A stretch of DNA of 64,000 nt. It comes from Lama glama. Lineage: Eukaryota. Both the position numbers and the translations under genes were made by a program. Shown here piece after piece: positions 37,178 to 48,300 of this stretch (the stretch's first letter is position 1; each line of letters begins with the position of its first letter). The stretch is from the NCBI GenBank assembly GCA_028534125.1, contig CM052832.1, forward strand, positions 13,766,001-13,830,000, written 5' to 3'. Below the pieces are notes generated by a model. The model was not told the origin of the DNA. It did no database searches and saw nothing but the letters and a program-made list of their open reading frames with translations.

Positions 37178-39564
37178 GATCCTGTTATTTTGATTAATCA
37201 TTGCAATAATAATATTTGTAATGATAGGTAAGAAAGTTTTCAGAGGATCATGATCTCAGATGTTTTTACAAATTAAATTGCAATGTAAATTCACATTCAT
37301 GTGGTATAGTGTGATAGGTGATCAATAAAATATTTTAAGCATAAAATTGCATTACTTAAGGGTAAACTGTGACAGTAAAATGAAATAGAAATACAAGTTC
37401 AAGGAGAAAAGGGAGTAATGCAAAATTTCTTATAGTTAACAAAGTGATTTTACTTTTTTTACATATAAAATAAAATGAATGACAGTGGGTATCAAGTTGC
37501 TATGGTATTTAAATTTCATTGGAAGGCATCTAAATCTGTGATACAACACTTAAAGTGTCAATTTCCTTTCCACTTTGTATGCCTTTTATCTAGTTTTCTT
37601 GCCTAATGACCCTGGCTAGAACCTCTAGTACAAGACTAAATAGAAGTGGTGAGAGTGGACAACCTTGTCTTGTTCCTGATCTTAGGGAAAGTTTTCAGTC
37701 TTTCACCGTCAAATATGATGACAGCCTTCTATTTCAAGTTTCTTGAGTGTTTTGCAAGGGGGTACTTTCAGAAAGTTATTTTAATGAGTAAGGGAGCAAA
37801 ATGAAAGCTCCGGCTCAGGTTCCTTAAGGGCTTCAACCCTGCTGTACCTCCGGCACCAAGCACAGTGCCTGCACGTATATGGGGCCCAGTAAGCATTTGT
37901 GGAGCCAACTGTCTCGCACTTTCCCCCTTGCGATTTATACTCCACAGATACTATGCTTTTTATGGTTCCCCCACATACCTTGCTGTCTTTTCTGGCTGGA
38001 GTTTTTTCCCCTCCCTTCTATTCCCAACTGACACCTATTCAATGCTTTCCAATGCTGCTCAGGTGTCATCTCATTCAAGAGTTGCCCCTCTCCTTACCCC
38101 TTCTCAAATTGAGCTGAGTGGGCCTCTTTGTTTGTGGTCCTTTGGCACTTTGTACATCTACTATATTTATAATCCCCCACTAAACTAGACAGGTGATATG
38201 GTGTGTGGTTAAGAGTAGGAATTTGAGAGCCTGGCTGCCCAGATTCAAAACACTGACTCTTCCTAGTTTGTGTGACTTTGGTTGTGCCTCAGCTTCCTCA
38301 TCTGTCCAGCAGAGATGATAATAATAGTACCTACTTCACAGGTTTGTTTGAGAGTTGAGGGACAACAGTATTTAGTAAATAGTCATTACTGTTACCTATT
38401 AAGTCCTATAGGGCAAGGCCTATATTTTCTTCTTCTCTGCTCACAGCCCTTAGTCTAATGCCTGGGCTGCAGTGGGTACTCGACAAATGTCTGTTTTGAG
38501 TGTGAGCCTGGTGGAAAGTATCTGAAAGAAGGAAAAGAAAAATGGGTTTGACACTCCACAGCAGGTAGAAATTGGAACTCAAATGTTGCCCATTTTTATG
38601 TTATTTCCTAAACTGTCTTCACTCTGGCCCTGAGATTACCAAACTGGAGAAATTGACCCTGTGGCCAGAGAAACCTCAAAGAACGTACATAGGTCACAGG
38701 AGCTATTCTGTGCCTGCCTGCTAATGAATGTCAACAAATATGTGTGCGGCAGATTTTAGTCAAAATTTGTTTTCTTTATAGCTGGGGAATGAGGAAGCGG
38801 GGCAGACAAACTCTCGTCACGTTAAACTTTGGTAGCTATCGTTACCAAGAATAAGGAACTAAGAGTCAAACACGATCAGCATAGGTCAGTTTGCAACACC
38901 CTGCTGCCTCCCCAGAGCACCTCCAGGAAGCAGAGCAAGGGCTCCACCTGCCTCCACCACCACCAGTCTCAGTAACCTCCTCATTGCCAATCTCCTCCAC
39001 TCCTCCAGCCTTCATGCTGTGGCCAGAGCATCCAAAAGGACAAGGAGTTGAGACCTCAAAGAAATTTCATAGTTTCCCAAGTCAAGGCTTTTATTCTTAT
39101 ATCTCATCCACCTACTTCCCTCAACCCTTCATTCTGGCACAATTTCCTTGTGAAGTTCAAACTTTTATATAACAAAGTCAGAAAAGGGGTTATCTCCAAG
39201 TAACTTCTGTTCCCAAGCCTCTCTAGGGATCAGAAGCCCAAGAGGCTGACTTACTTGCTTGGAAAGTGCTAGCTGCTCTGGGTGTATCCTATAGACTGCC
39301 CGGACAGGCTGTGCTGGATATTTTGTTGGCCCCTCCAGAAGCACCCTCCACCCTTCTCCACCCGGATCTGTGGAGGCTGGCTTGCATGGACTGCATCACC
39401 TAGGCAACCTTGCCTTCTAATTTCCAGTTGGGTTTTGTCAATGGGAGGCACAAGCCTGAGACGATGATTGGAGAAAGAAGTTGGGTATTTACTTCCCTGT
39501 GGGTCCATGGTTATATCCCTTTATGAAAGGGAACAGCAGCTGTTGGGCAGCTCTTTCTACAGCT

Positions 39565-39987
39565 CTGTTATGGGTTGAATTGTTATCTCCTTCTCCGAAA
39601 AAAGATATATTGGGGCCCTAACCCCCAGTACCTCAGATGGTGAGCTTACTTGAAGATAGGGACTTTACAGAGGTAATCAAGTTAAAATGAGGTCATTAGG
39701 AGGAGACCTAATCATGAAATATGGCTGATGTCCTCATGAAAAGGGGAAATTTGGACACAGATTGAGACATACATAGAGGGAAAATGATATGAAGAGCCAT
39801 GGAGAAGACAGTCACCTACAAGCCAAGGGAAGAGAACAAAGCTTTCCCTCACGTCCTCAGAAGGAATCAACCCTGCTGACACCTTGATTTCAGACTTCTA
39901 GCCTCCAGAGCTGTGAGACAATACATTTTTGTTGTTTAAGCCACCCAGTTTGTGGTACTTTGTTAAGGCAACCCTAGCAGACTAATA
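39565..39987 (+). mobile_element. MaLR (MLT1-type) solo LTR
   Basis: Starts tgttatgggttgaattg; contains gtaatcaagttaaaatgaggtcattagg and gacaccttgatttcagacttctagcctccagagctgtgagacaata...ttgtttaagccacccagtttgtggtactttgtt. Confidence 0.85.
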
Positions 39988-40199
39988 AAAGTTCTCATTG
40001 GGTTCTGGTAACACCTCCACCCCTTGTCCCTTCAGGCCTAGGATGGTGAAGATGCTGGCTATTGCTAGTCCCTGGTTGCTTCACCATCCCTAATTGGTTT
40101 CCCTTAACCCTGTCCACCCCTCAATCCCTTTGTTCAATTATTTTCAATTATTCTGTTGAATGTGCCCTCTGTTTCCTGATACAGAAGTCTAAATAGAAT

Positions 40200-41295
40200 T
40201 ATGTTTTCCCAATATACTTCACAAAACTATCAGAAAGGCAAGATAAAATTATACTGGGGCACTCTAATTATGTAGACATCTACTGGGAATCTTATTCAAG
40301 ATAAAGCATCTGATATATTTTCACTTTCTTCTGTTGTCCATTTTATTTCACAGGACATAGGAGAAGCCATAAGGGGAAGTGACACTTTGGATTTAACTCA
40401 GATCAAAACTTTGGAAAAAGTGTGAGAATTCATGGTAGTCAAGGCTGGGAATGTTGGATGTGATCAAACATGTATCCTACACTTTAGGTGCTCATATTTC
40501 AGAAATTTCAAAGAAGCATTAGGGAAGATCCCATGGCACTCTTAAAAAGTAGCTCAAGAGGAATGGGATTTCTGCAGAAATCAAATTCTGATACTGCTTA
40601 TGAGCAGTAAAAAACACAATGGCTCATGTTTTCTAAATACTTCTACTTTTACAAGCACTTGCAGAAGTCATGGGAGAAGGGGTATCCATTTAACTGAGAA
40701 AGAATACCAAAGAACGGCCACCACTTTTAAGAACAATTTCTGGAAGGGTAAAATCCAGAATAGAAGAAGTCCTGTGAGATTGTAGGGGAGTGGTGAGAGG
40801 TGAAGTGACTTTTTCTTTAAGAAATATATATATATTTCTTAATATATTATATTTTTTATATATTATACTTTTATATATAACATATATAAATATTTTTATA
40901 TTATTTATATATGCTCATTTATTCAATACTAATTTCTAATAGAGGTGAAGTGATTTTTAAAGCTACATTTAAAGCAAGAAGCACAAAAAAGATACAGGCT
41001 TTAGAATAGGGGGAAAAATCCAAAGTAGCTTATATGAACAATTATAGAGGTTTTTAGAAAAAGTGTAAAGAAATTGAAGCATGCTGGGAAGATGGGGGAA
41101 AATAGATGAAACAAAAAAGGAAAAATGGTCAATTCTGGGAATTCAGTCCAGTGACCTCGACACTGAATCTGGAAAAATTCTCAAATGAGTTATTAAACAG
41201 ATGGCTGGTAAGCACTTAGAGAAGCAACAGTCACTCAGAGTCAAAATACGTACGACTGATTCATGCCAAGCTAAACGTATTTTCTTTTTGATGGA
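40200..41295 (+). mobile_element. Ancient CR1/L3 LINE remnant (tentative)
   Basis: Degenerate CR1-like ORF2 text such as ggaaaaattctcaaatgagttattaaacagatgg...aagcacttaga...tcatgccaagctaaacgtattttctttttt. Confidence 0.5.
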
Positions 41296-42172
41296 TCTGC
41301 ACCAACCCACTCGGGTTTCGGCTTAACAATCCTGTTGTTCCTCTCTGTTTTCTCTCTTTCATCCAGATCCAGACCTTTCTCATAAACTGCACATGATTTA
41401 TTCTTTGATCACACAAACATCTGAGCACCTAGTAAGTGCTGGACACTGTGCTAGGCACTGAGGATACAGCAAGGAAAGCCCAAACAGGGTCCCTACCCTC
41501 ATAGAGTTTACTTTCTGGTGGAGAGTAATTTCCTGATTCTGGGACTTTCCTCAGCCACCAGCTCTCTCCTGTCTTTTCTAAACTACATGTGGTTTTCCTG
41601 AGCTGGCAGAATCCTCAGATTCCAGGGCTTCACTCTCTGCCCCAACTTTCCTTTTGTTTTCAAGTATAGTTGGGAGGAAACTGGGTTGCAGTTTTCTTTG
41701 GCCAACAGGTGCTGTCCTCTTTTGCAATATGCCCAGAAATGCTATCATTCAGGTTCCATGCAACAGATATTAATTATGTGTATTTCAAAGTTGGCAAACC
41801 TACGCTTCCAGCCTCATGTTCCACTTCATCCCTTCAGTCATTACCAGCCCCAGTACCCGCCTATAAGTTTCCAAGTCTGTGCCTTTTTGCTCAATTGATT
41901 TTCTTGTTCAGGAATGCCTGTCATGTCCTTCTCCACCTATGGAAATCCTACACATTTCCTAGACCCAGCCTAAAAGCTGCCTCCTCCCTGGCTGGACTAC
42001 GCTGCTCAGTAAAATCCTGCCTGAGCCCCCATGCTTGACTTGTGTGGCACTCTTGCACTTTCAGCTTCCTTTCTCAACTAATTACTTGTCTGTTTTCCCC
42101 ACTAGAGCCTAACTTCTTTAAGGGCACGGGTCTACAGAGGTTCCACCCTGTCCAGCTGCAGAACTTTACAAC

Positions 42173-42433
42173 CCGGGTTGTCAAACTAAGGCTTGAGCCA
42201 AGGGTGGTTTAAATAGTGGGGAAAAGATCAGCAGAATATTTCCTGATCCATGAAAATTACATGAAATTCAAATTGCAGGGACCATAAATAAAGCTTTTGA
42301 AACACTGACAGCCCCTATTTTCTATGACTGCTTTTGAGCTCCAGTGGCAGGGCTGAATAGTTAAGAGAGCTTATGGCCCACAAGCCTTAATGTCTACTGT
42401 ATGGCCCTTTAGAGAAAAACTCTGCCAACCCTG
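42173..42433. mobile_element. MER58-like hAT-Charlie element
   Basis: Terminal inverted repeats gggttgtcaaact / tctgccaaccctg; internal atgaaattcaaatt...cataaataaagctttt and tggccctttagagaaaaa. Confidence 0.7.
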
Positions 42434-43149
42434 CTTTACAACACTAATTTGATGATTGAATCATTGTGTCTGAACACCAAGTTCTGAGTACATGTCCCCT
42501 CCAAGTTTTAGTTTATTTGTGTAGTGGAAGTAGTACCTACCTTGCCTTTACAGTGTCAAGAACATCAAATGAGACAATGCACTCAGAAATGTATAAAAAC
42601 ATTCTATAAATAAAGACAACTGAAAAAAAATAGACAACTGTGTTTATCATGTACTACAAAGATGATTAAGTGGTAAAATAAGAAAACATGATTAGTTTTT
42701 TTTTCTCCCCCTTCCTTCCTTTATAGCCTTCATTTGAATTTGAAATTTTAAGAGAAAACTCACTTTTAAAGTTTTTACTTTTTTAAGCGACGATAAGGTC
42801 ACTGGTTCCTTCCTTCCAGTCTTTCTTTTGTGTTGCTCACACTTCTTTTCTTTCTCACTTGTAATCCTCCCCCATCTCCACTTTATATATAGTATCTCAG
42901 TTGGCCCTCAATAACTCAGTGAAGGAACTGGGACACAACTGACTCTCCCATTTTACAGACCAGGAAACTGAGGCAGATTACAGTTGGCTGCGGAGCTCTT
43001 GACTCATCACGCAGGGAACCTTCAATGCCATGCTCTTCGTTATTCCTCATGGGTAACCGCCCGGCAAACAGAACAAAGGTGACCCTGCCAGGCTTCCAAC
43101 CTTGTTTCTCAAACACCCCTTCAATTTTCACACTCGAACGTTTCCCCCT

Positions 43150-43830
43150 ACTCCCGCATTCTTTACTGCCCCCCCACCTCGGGAGCAGGTGGTAGGCTCC
43201 GAGCCCAACGCGCAGGCGCGCGCCGTCGCGGACGGGGGCGGGGCGGGAACCGGGGGGCGGAGAGTGCGCGGGCTTGGATTGGGGCCGCGGCGGGAGCGGG
43301 AGTCACCGCCACTCGAGTGCGCAGGCGCCTGGCGGTTACCGGTCTCGCCATGGAGCGGAAAGGTGAGCGGTGGAGCGGCCTTCGCCACGAGGGGCAACGG
43401 CCGCCAGGGCGAGGCCCAGGTCAACGCCGGGAGCTTCGCCTAACCGCCGCCGTCCGGTCCCCGGGCGTGCGGCGCCCTCCACTGAGGTGGCGCCGCCCCT
43501 CACCCCCCGCCTCTGGGCTGCGGGTCCGCGCCCCTCAGTCCGGGCGTCTTTACGCGCCGGCAGTCATCGCCCCTTGTTCCCTGCCAGGCAGGCCCGCGCC
43601 TTGGGGCCGCTCCAGGGCCCGGCCCTCGGCGGGCGAGGCCGACCCTCGTCCGCCGGCCCCCTGACCCGGCCCGAGCCCCCTCCAGCGCGCCCCGCCTGGG
43701 CGCTGCTCTGCGCCCCGTGGGCCGCCAGCCCCCTGAGCCGCCGCCTCGACGAAGCCGCGGCGCTCGCCCGGGAGCCGCCCGTCAGGCAGGCCCCGCACCC
43801 GTGCCTCGCGTCCCTGCTGGGTCTCCACCC
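43150..43830 (+). promoter_or_regulatory. SRPK1 CpG island / TATA-less promoter with GC boxes
   Basis: Abrupt rise in GC and CpG density; GGGGCGGGGC near 43235-43244, GGGGCGG near 43254, ATTGG (reverse CCAAT) near 43278. Confidence 0.9.
43350..43362 (+). CDS. SRPK1: SRPK1 coding exon 1 (MERK + G)
   Basis: Strong Kozak gccATGG, ATG GAG CGG AAA G then gtgagc donor. Confidence 0.95.
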
Positions 43831-43889
43831 TCACCTTGGTCGCCTTCTTTCCTCCCCATTCGCCCTTCATTCATCCCTCTCTCCTGCAG

Positions 43890-43950
43890 TGCTTGCGCTC
43901 CAGGCCCGAAAGAAAAGGACCAAGGCCAAGAAGGACAAAGCCCAAAGGAA
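43890..43950 (+). CDS. SRPK1: SRPK1 coding exon 2 (VLALQARKKRTKAKKDKAQRK)
   Basis: ctctctcctgcag acceptor, gtgagt donor; spliced product MERKVLALQARKKRTKAKKDKAQRK is the recalled SRPK1 N-terminus; order SLC26A8 then SRPK1 on one strand matches known mammalian synteny; exon 3 not seen in window. Confidence 0.96.
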
Positions 43951-45314
43951 GTGAGTCTCGCACCCCAACATTTCATTCTTTGGATTTCTTCCCGCACCTC
44001 CTCTGCGCTGGTTTCACGCCATCATCGTGTACCGGGTTTGGGCTTCTTGCGGCCTCAGCCACATGGCCTCCGGGCGGCCGAGGAGGGTAGCTCCCCTGAA
44101 CCATGTGCAAGGGAGCTAATGTTGCTGAAGGCCGAGTCTGGGTCTTAGCAGCCCGCGCCTGCTGGAAAGGGCCGTTGGGGGAGGGGCCGAGCTCTACCGG
44201 TACAGTACCTTCCCAGCTCCAGAGAGGAGGCACACGCTCCCCGAGTTTGGGCCTCCCCACCGAACTGGTAGATCATTATCAGTTTGTGAACTCTGCTGTC
44301 TTTCCCATACCTACTTCTCAGCTTCTTAACTTGCCTCCTACGTCTGCAGGGTAGGCAGTCACAGAATTGAATTTTCGTTGTTTTTGTCTGCTAGCCACAC
44401 GCTCCCTTTTATACGGGATGGCATGGAGCTTTCCTCTGGGTTAGGCAGCTTCCTGAGCCTGCAGGGCTCATCGCCTTCCTTACAGTGTGCAGGCAGACCA
44501 CTGGGTATACAGCCGGTTTCTGTTACTGCTTCTCTTCTTCTCAAGTCCTTGCCCTGAATGCTGATAGATAACTTCTGGAGTGGGCATCACGGTGACGAGG
44601 AAGTTCTTTAGCCAGCGCACTTGGTGATTCTGGTTTGGTGTATTAAGTGCCACATGTCCGTTTTTATCAGGATGCATAATCGTGGTGTTAGCGCTGTTGT
44701 GGGAAACACAAAAGTTGGTCACAGCTTCACAAAAACGTCCAGTAGAGGGCTTCTGCAAGTGAGGCTTAGTCTGAAGAACTTATATCTTGTACTCACTTTA
44801 AATTACAAAGGGTCTTGGAAATTCTTTTAGACAATTTGTGTTCAGAAGAAAAGTGCATTTTTGGACACTTTCCCATTTACTTGGTGTTCTGTGGAATTGT
44901 ATACCATCTAAGCCCTTCTGAGCTGATAAAACACATTTCAGAGGCTTTCCTAGGTTTCCTTTCTGAATGACAGTACCAGGTAGGGTCTTGTGTGTGTGTA
45001 TGGCTTTTGGTGACTACCTAATGTTTCAGGAGAGCCATAATGACTTCTGTCAATAGAGCTGAAGTGGTGTAACCTCACGTCTTGCTTCCTTTCTATTAAC
45101 TGTCTTAGGAAATTTTTTATTTTGTAATGTGCTTGATTACCAAGGCATTTAAATGTGATTTTTATCAGTAAATGTTTGGGTGTGTATTTATTTGCCTCTT
45201 GATTATCCTTGTGTGGATGATTCGAAAACCAGTTTTTACTCCCGGATGGGTTTAATGGAAACAACAAGGAGCTAACCCGGTTCCTCTGTGCAGTGGAAAT
45301 TTAAATCTTACTAG

Positions 45315-45347
45315 TGTATGTGTGTGTGTGTGCGCGCGCTCGCGTGC
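45315..45347. repeat. (TG)n(CG)n alternating purine-pyrimidine tract
   Basis: gtgtatgtgtgtgtgtgtgcgcgcgctcgcgtg. Confidence 0.85.
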
Positions 45348-48300
45348 ACCTTAGAGTCATTATTCTCTGTTGAGCTAATATGAATGTGTTATAAAAAGAT
45401 ACATTTTCTGCTGATATAAGGAGGTGGTGATTTTATTTTTACTGTTTAGAATTCATCTGTCCTGATCTCTCCATGTCTCCACGTGGAAATGAACCTCGAT
45501 ATTAGCCTGAATAAACCTAGAAATTGGGAGGTAAATATGTATGGATAATCGTATAATTTATTTGTAAATTCAGATATTCATTACTTTGGATTATCCATTT
45601 AGGCCATATACTTTATTTCTAAAGCCAAGTGTGTGTATTTTAGATTATCTGTGACTCCTCCATTCACTCGTGTGGGTAGAGTTATTTGTGTTCTTAATTT
45701 TTTCTGTACTTGCACAAAAATAAGAGAATAGTATGGATAATTAGCTGTTATTTTACTGAATATTTCATCTTGTACAACTTTGACTCCTTGAATCACTCCT
45801 CATTTACTTGTAGTTTCAGAGGTGCTTTATTTTCATTTTTATCTTCAATTAATGGTTTTTCTTAATAATTTTACCCCCCCCCCTTTTTTTTTGGTTTCTC
45901 CAGCCTTCTTTTAAGTAGATGATATGTCTAATTAATTAACTTGGTTAGAGTCCTGTGTCAGAAGTTCAGGCTCCACCTGACTCAGGTAACTTGACTCTGT
46001 TCCATGACTGCTAACTGCACTCCTGACTTCCAGTCATTTTGCAAAGCCAAGCTGCTAGGTACAGGAGATTGATTAGTCAGGGAGAAGGTCTGAGGAAGAA
46101 GCATGCTGTAGTTTGGTCTTTGGAATGAGTCAGATCTGGTTTGAATTCTAATTTTACCACTTTTTAGCAATCTGACCTTGGATGACTTAGTTAACTAAAC
46201 TGTTTAACATGTTATGACTGGTAAATCAGTCATAATGAAAACTGATCAGGACTTGAAGTTAAAAAAAACCCAAACATTTAAGTGAAAAATGTTAGAAACT
46301 TTTGGAGGTACAACAGTAAATAGCATCCTAGTAATTTAGTTGTGGTGTGGTACAGGTGGAAAGGATTTTTAGTCCTCTGATTTTGTAGATCTTAAAACTA
46401 GAACCTACATATTTTGAATAATATGCCCGTGGAGCTGTTTATAGCAGGGTCAAACCTAGAATCCAGCAACTTGCCTTCCAGCTCAGTACTCTTTAGGATT
46501 TGTTTCCTTTGGGTTCTTTTTCTGTGCTGGAAGATCTGACTTTGGGGATTTTTAGTTATCTTATTTGAAGAATTCCTTCTCCATTTTACTTTTCAGACAC
46601 TGTACTTTTATTTACTAACATTAACTAGTTGGTGATCATCTCTATTTTGCTTTACAGATAAGGGATTTGAGACTTGTCAAATTACTCCCCTAGAAGATTT
46701 AAAGCTAGGATTCTAACCCAGATCTGACACACTCCAAAGCCTAGATACTAACCATTGCTATCTGCAAGTGACAGTTCCTTTTGGTCTTTCCAAATAAGGG
46801 ACCTCAGGATGCTGGGTGTTTAGGGACACATTCGGGGCCCACTGGGGTATGGCTGTAAAAGGATACAATGTTCTGTCTCCCTTTCAGTATTCAGTTTTCA
46901 ATATATGTATCAATAGCTGTGTACCTTTATCTGTTTATTATAAGCTTTTATAATTTGACGCAATTTATGTCTGCTTTTGAAATTGTTTCCATGGAATATA
47001 ATTCCAGAATGGATTTCATATCTAATAATTTTATTAGTTATCTTAGGAAGTTAGTTTGAAGAGTAATTTTCATTTTTATGCTATTAAAGAACTTTATGGA
47101 GTTAGTATACATTTGGTAGTAAAATTATTTGAGCTGGTGAAGTGCTTTTGTTCTTTCCAGCACTCATTCATCTATGGAGTCAGAGGGGAGATGGTTTTAT
47201 TTCTTAATTTTCCAAAAATGTAGTTGTTAGATTGAAAACTTTGAAGGGACAATACTTAAAAATTTCCAACATTTTTTTCCAGTGAAGAGTAGAGTACATA
47301 AACTTGAAACCATTTTAAAAAATTACATTGGATGCTTTTTACACTTAACAGTGTACCTTGGAAATTGGTTCTTTATCAGTTCCATAGAGGGCAGCCTCAA
47401 TATTTTTTTAAGGTCTGCCTTTTTCACTGTATCTTAGAAATGCTTCCATAGCAAGATACAGAGTAGCTTCATCTAGCATTCCATTAAATGAATGTACCAT
47501 AATTTTAGTTCCTATTAATAAGCATGTATATACTTCTTAAGACAAAAATAGAATCATTGGTGCTTTTCCCGAGTTAATGTTACCAGGAACATTTTCCATA
47601 GCATTAAATATTTCACATCGTTTTAAATGTTCCCTGTAGGCTGTTTACAGTTTTTCACAATTCACAGCTAAGGTGAATAATCTTTTGGATAACCATTGCT
47701 CACATCAGTGATTATTTCCTCAGGATAAATTCTTAGAAGTGATATTACTTATATGCACATTTTAAAGATTTTTAATTCATATTGTCACAGTTTTCTTCAG
47801 AAAAAGTTAGCCAGTTTAACTCCTATTTGTTAAACACTGAGAAGCAGTTTTTTATTTTAATGGTGATAGAATAAACAATAGACATCATAGGTAAATTACA
47901 AAGTATATTAGGTGGTAAGGTGGAAAAATAAAGAAAGATAAGGGATATTCAGAAGTGGAGATTGGGGGTACAGTTTTAAATAGAGTGATCTGATGGAGGC
48001 TACATTGAGAAGGTGACACTTGAAGGAGGTGAGTGAAAGAAGGCTGCTCAAGTCACAGTATTAGGAGTAGGAATATTCTTCTAGCTCCTGCTAAGCTACC
48101 AGACCTGGACAGTATTTGAAAAACTCCCCAAAGCTGGTCATCTGTAAGGTATCTTGTTTTAATTTCTTTAATTACTAACAAGATTGACCTGTTGGAGGAT
48201 ATTTTTATTGGCCTACTCTTATCTTTTGTCCATTTTTATATTTGACTGTTGATTATTTTCTTGATCTTAAAAGCCATTTATTACTAATATATCTTTTGTT

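Noticed and set aside
37685..37695. gggaaagtttt matching the left flank of the SOCS5 retrocopy as a possible TSD
   Set aside because: Lies inside an L1 fragment more than 2 kb beyond the SOCS5-like sequence; best explained as coincidence
43102..44354. Many overlapping ORFs on both strands in the CpG island
   Set aside because: Expected from low stop-codon frequency in GC-rich DNA; only the two frames related to SRPK1/SRPK1a are supported
46212..46235. Short inverted repeat ttatgactg-gtaaat-cagtcataa
   Set aside because: A 9-bp stem is not surprising in 64 kb and lies within a MIR-like remnant
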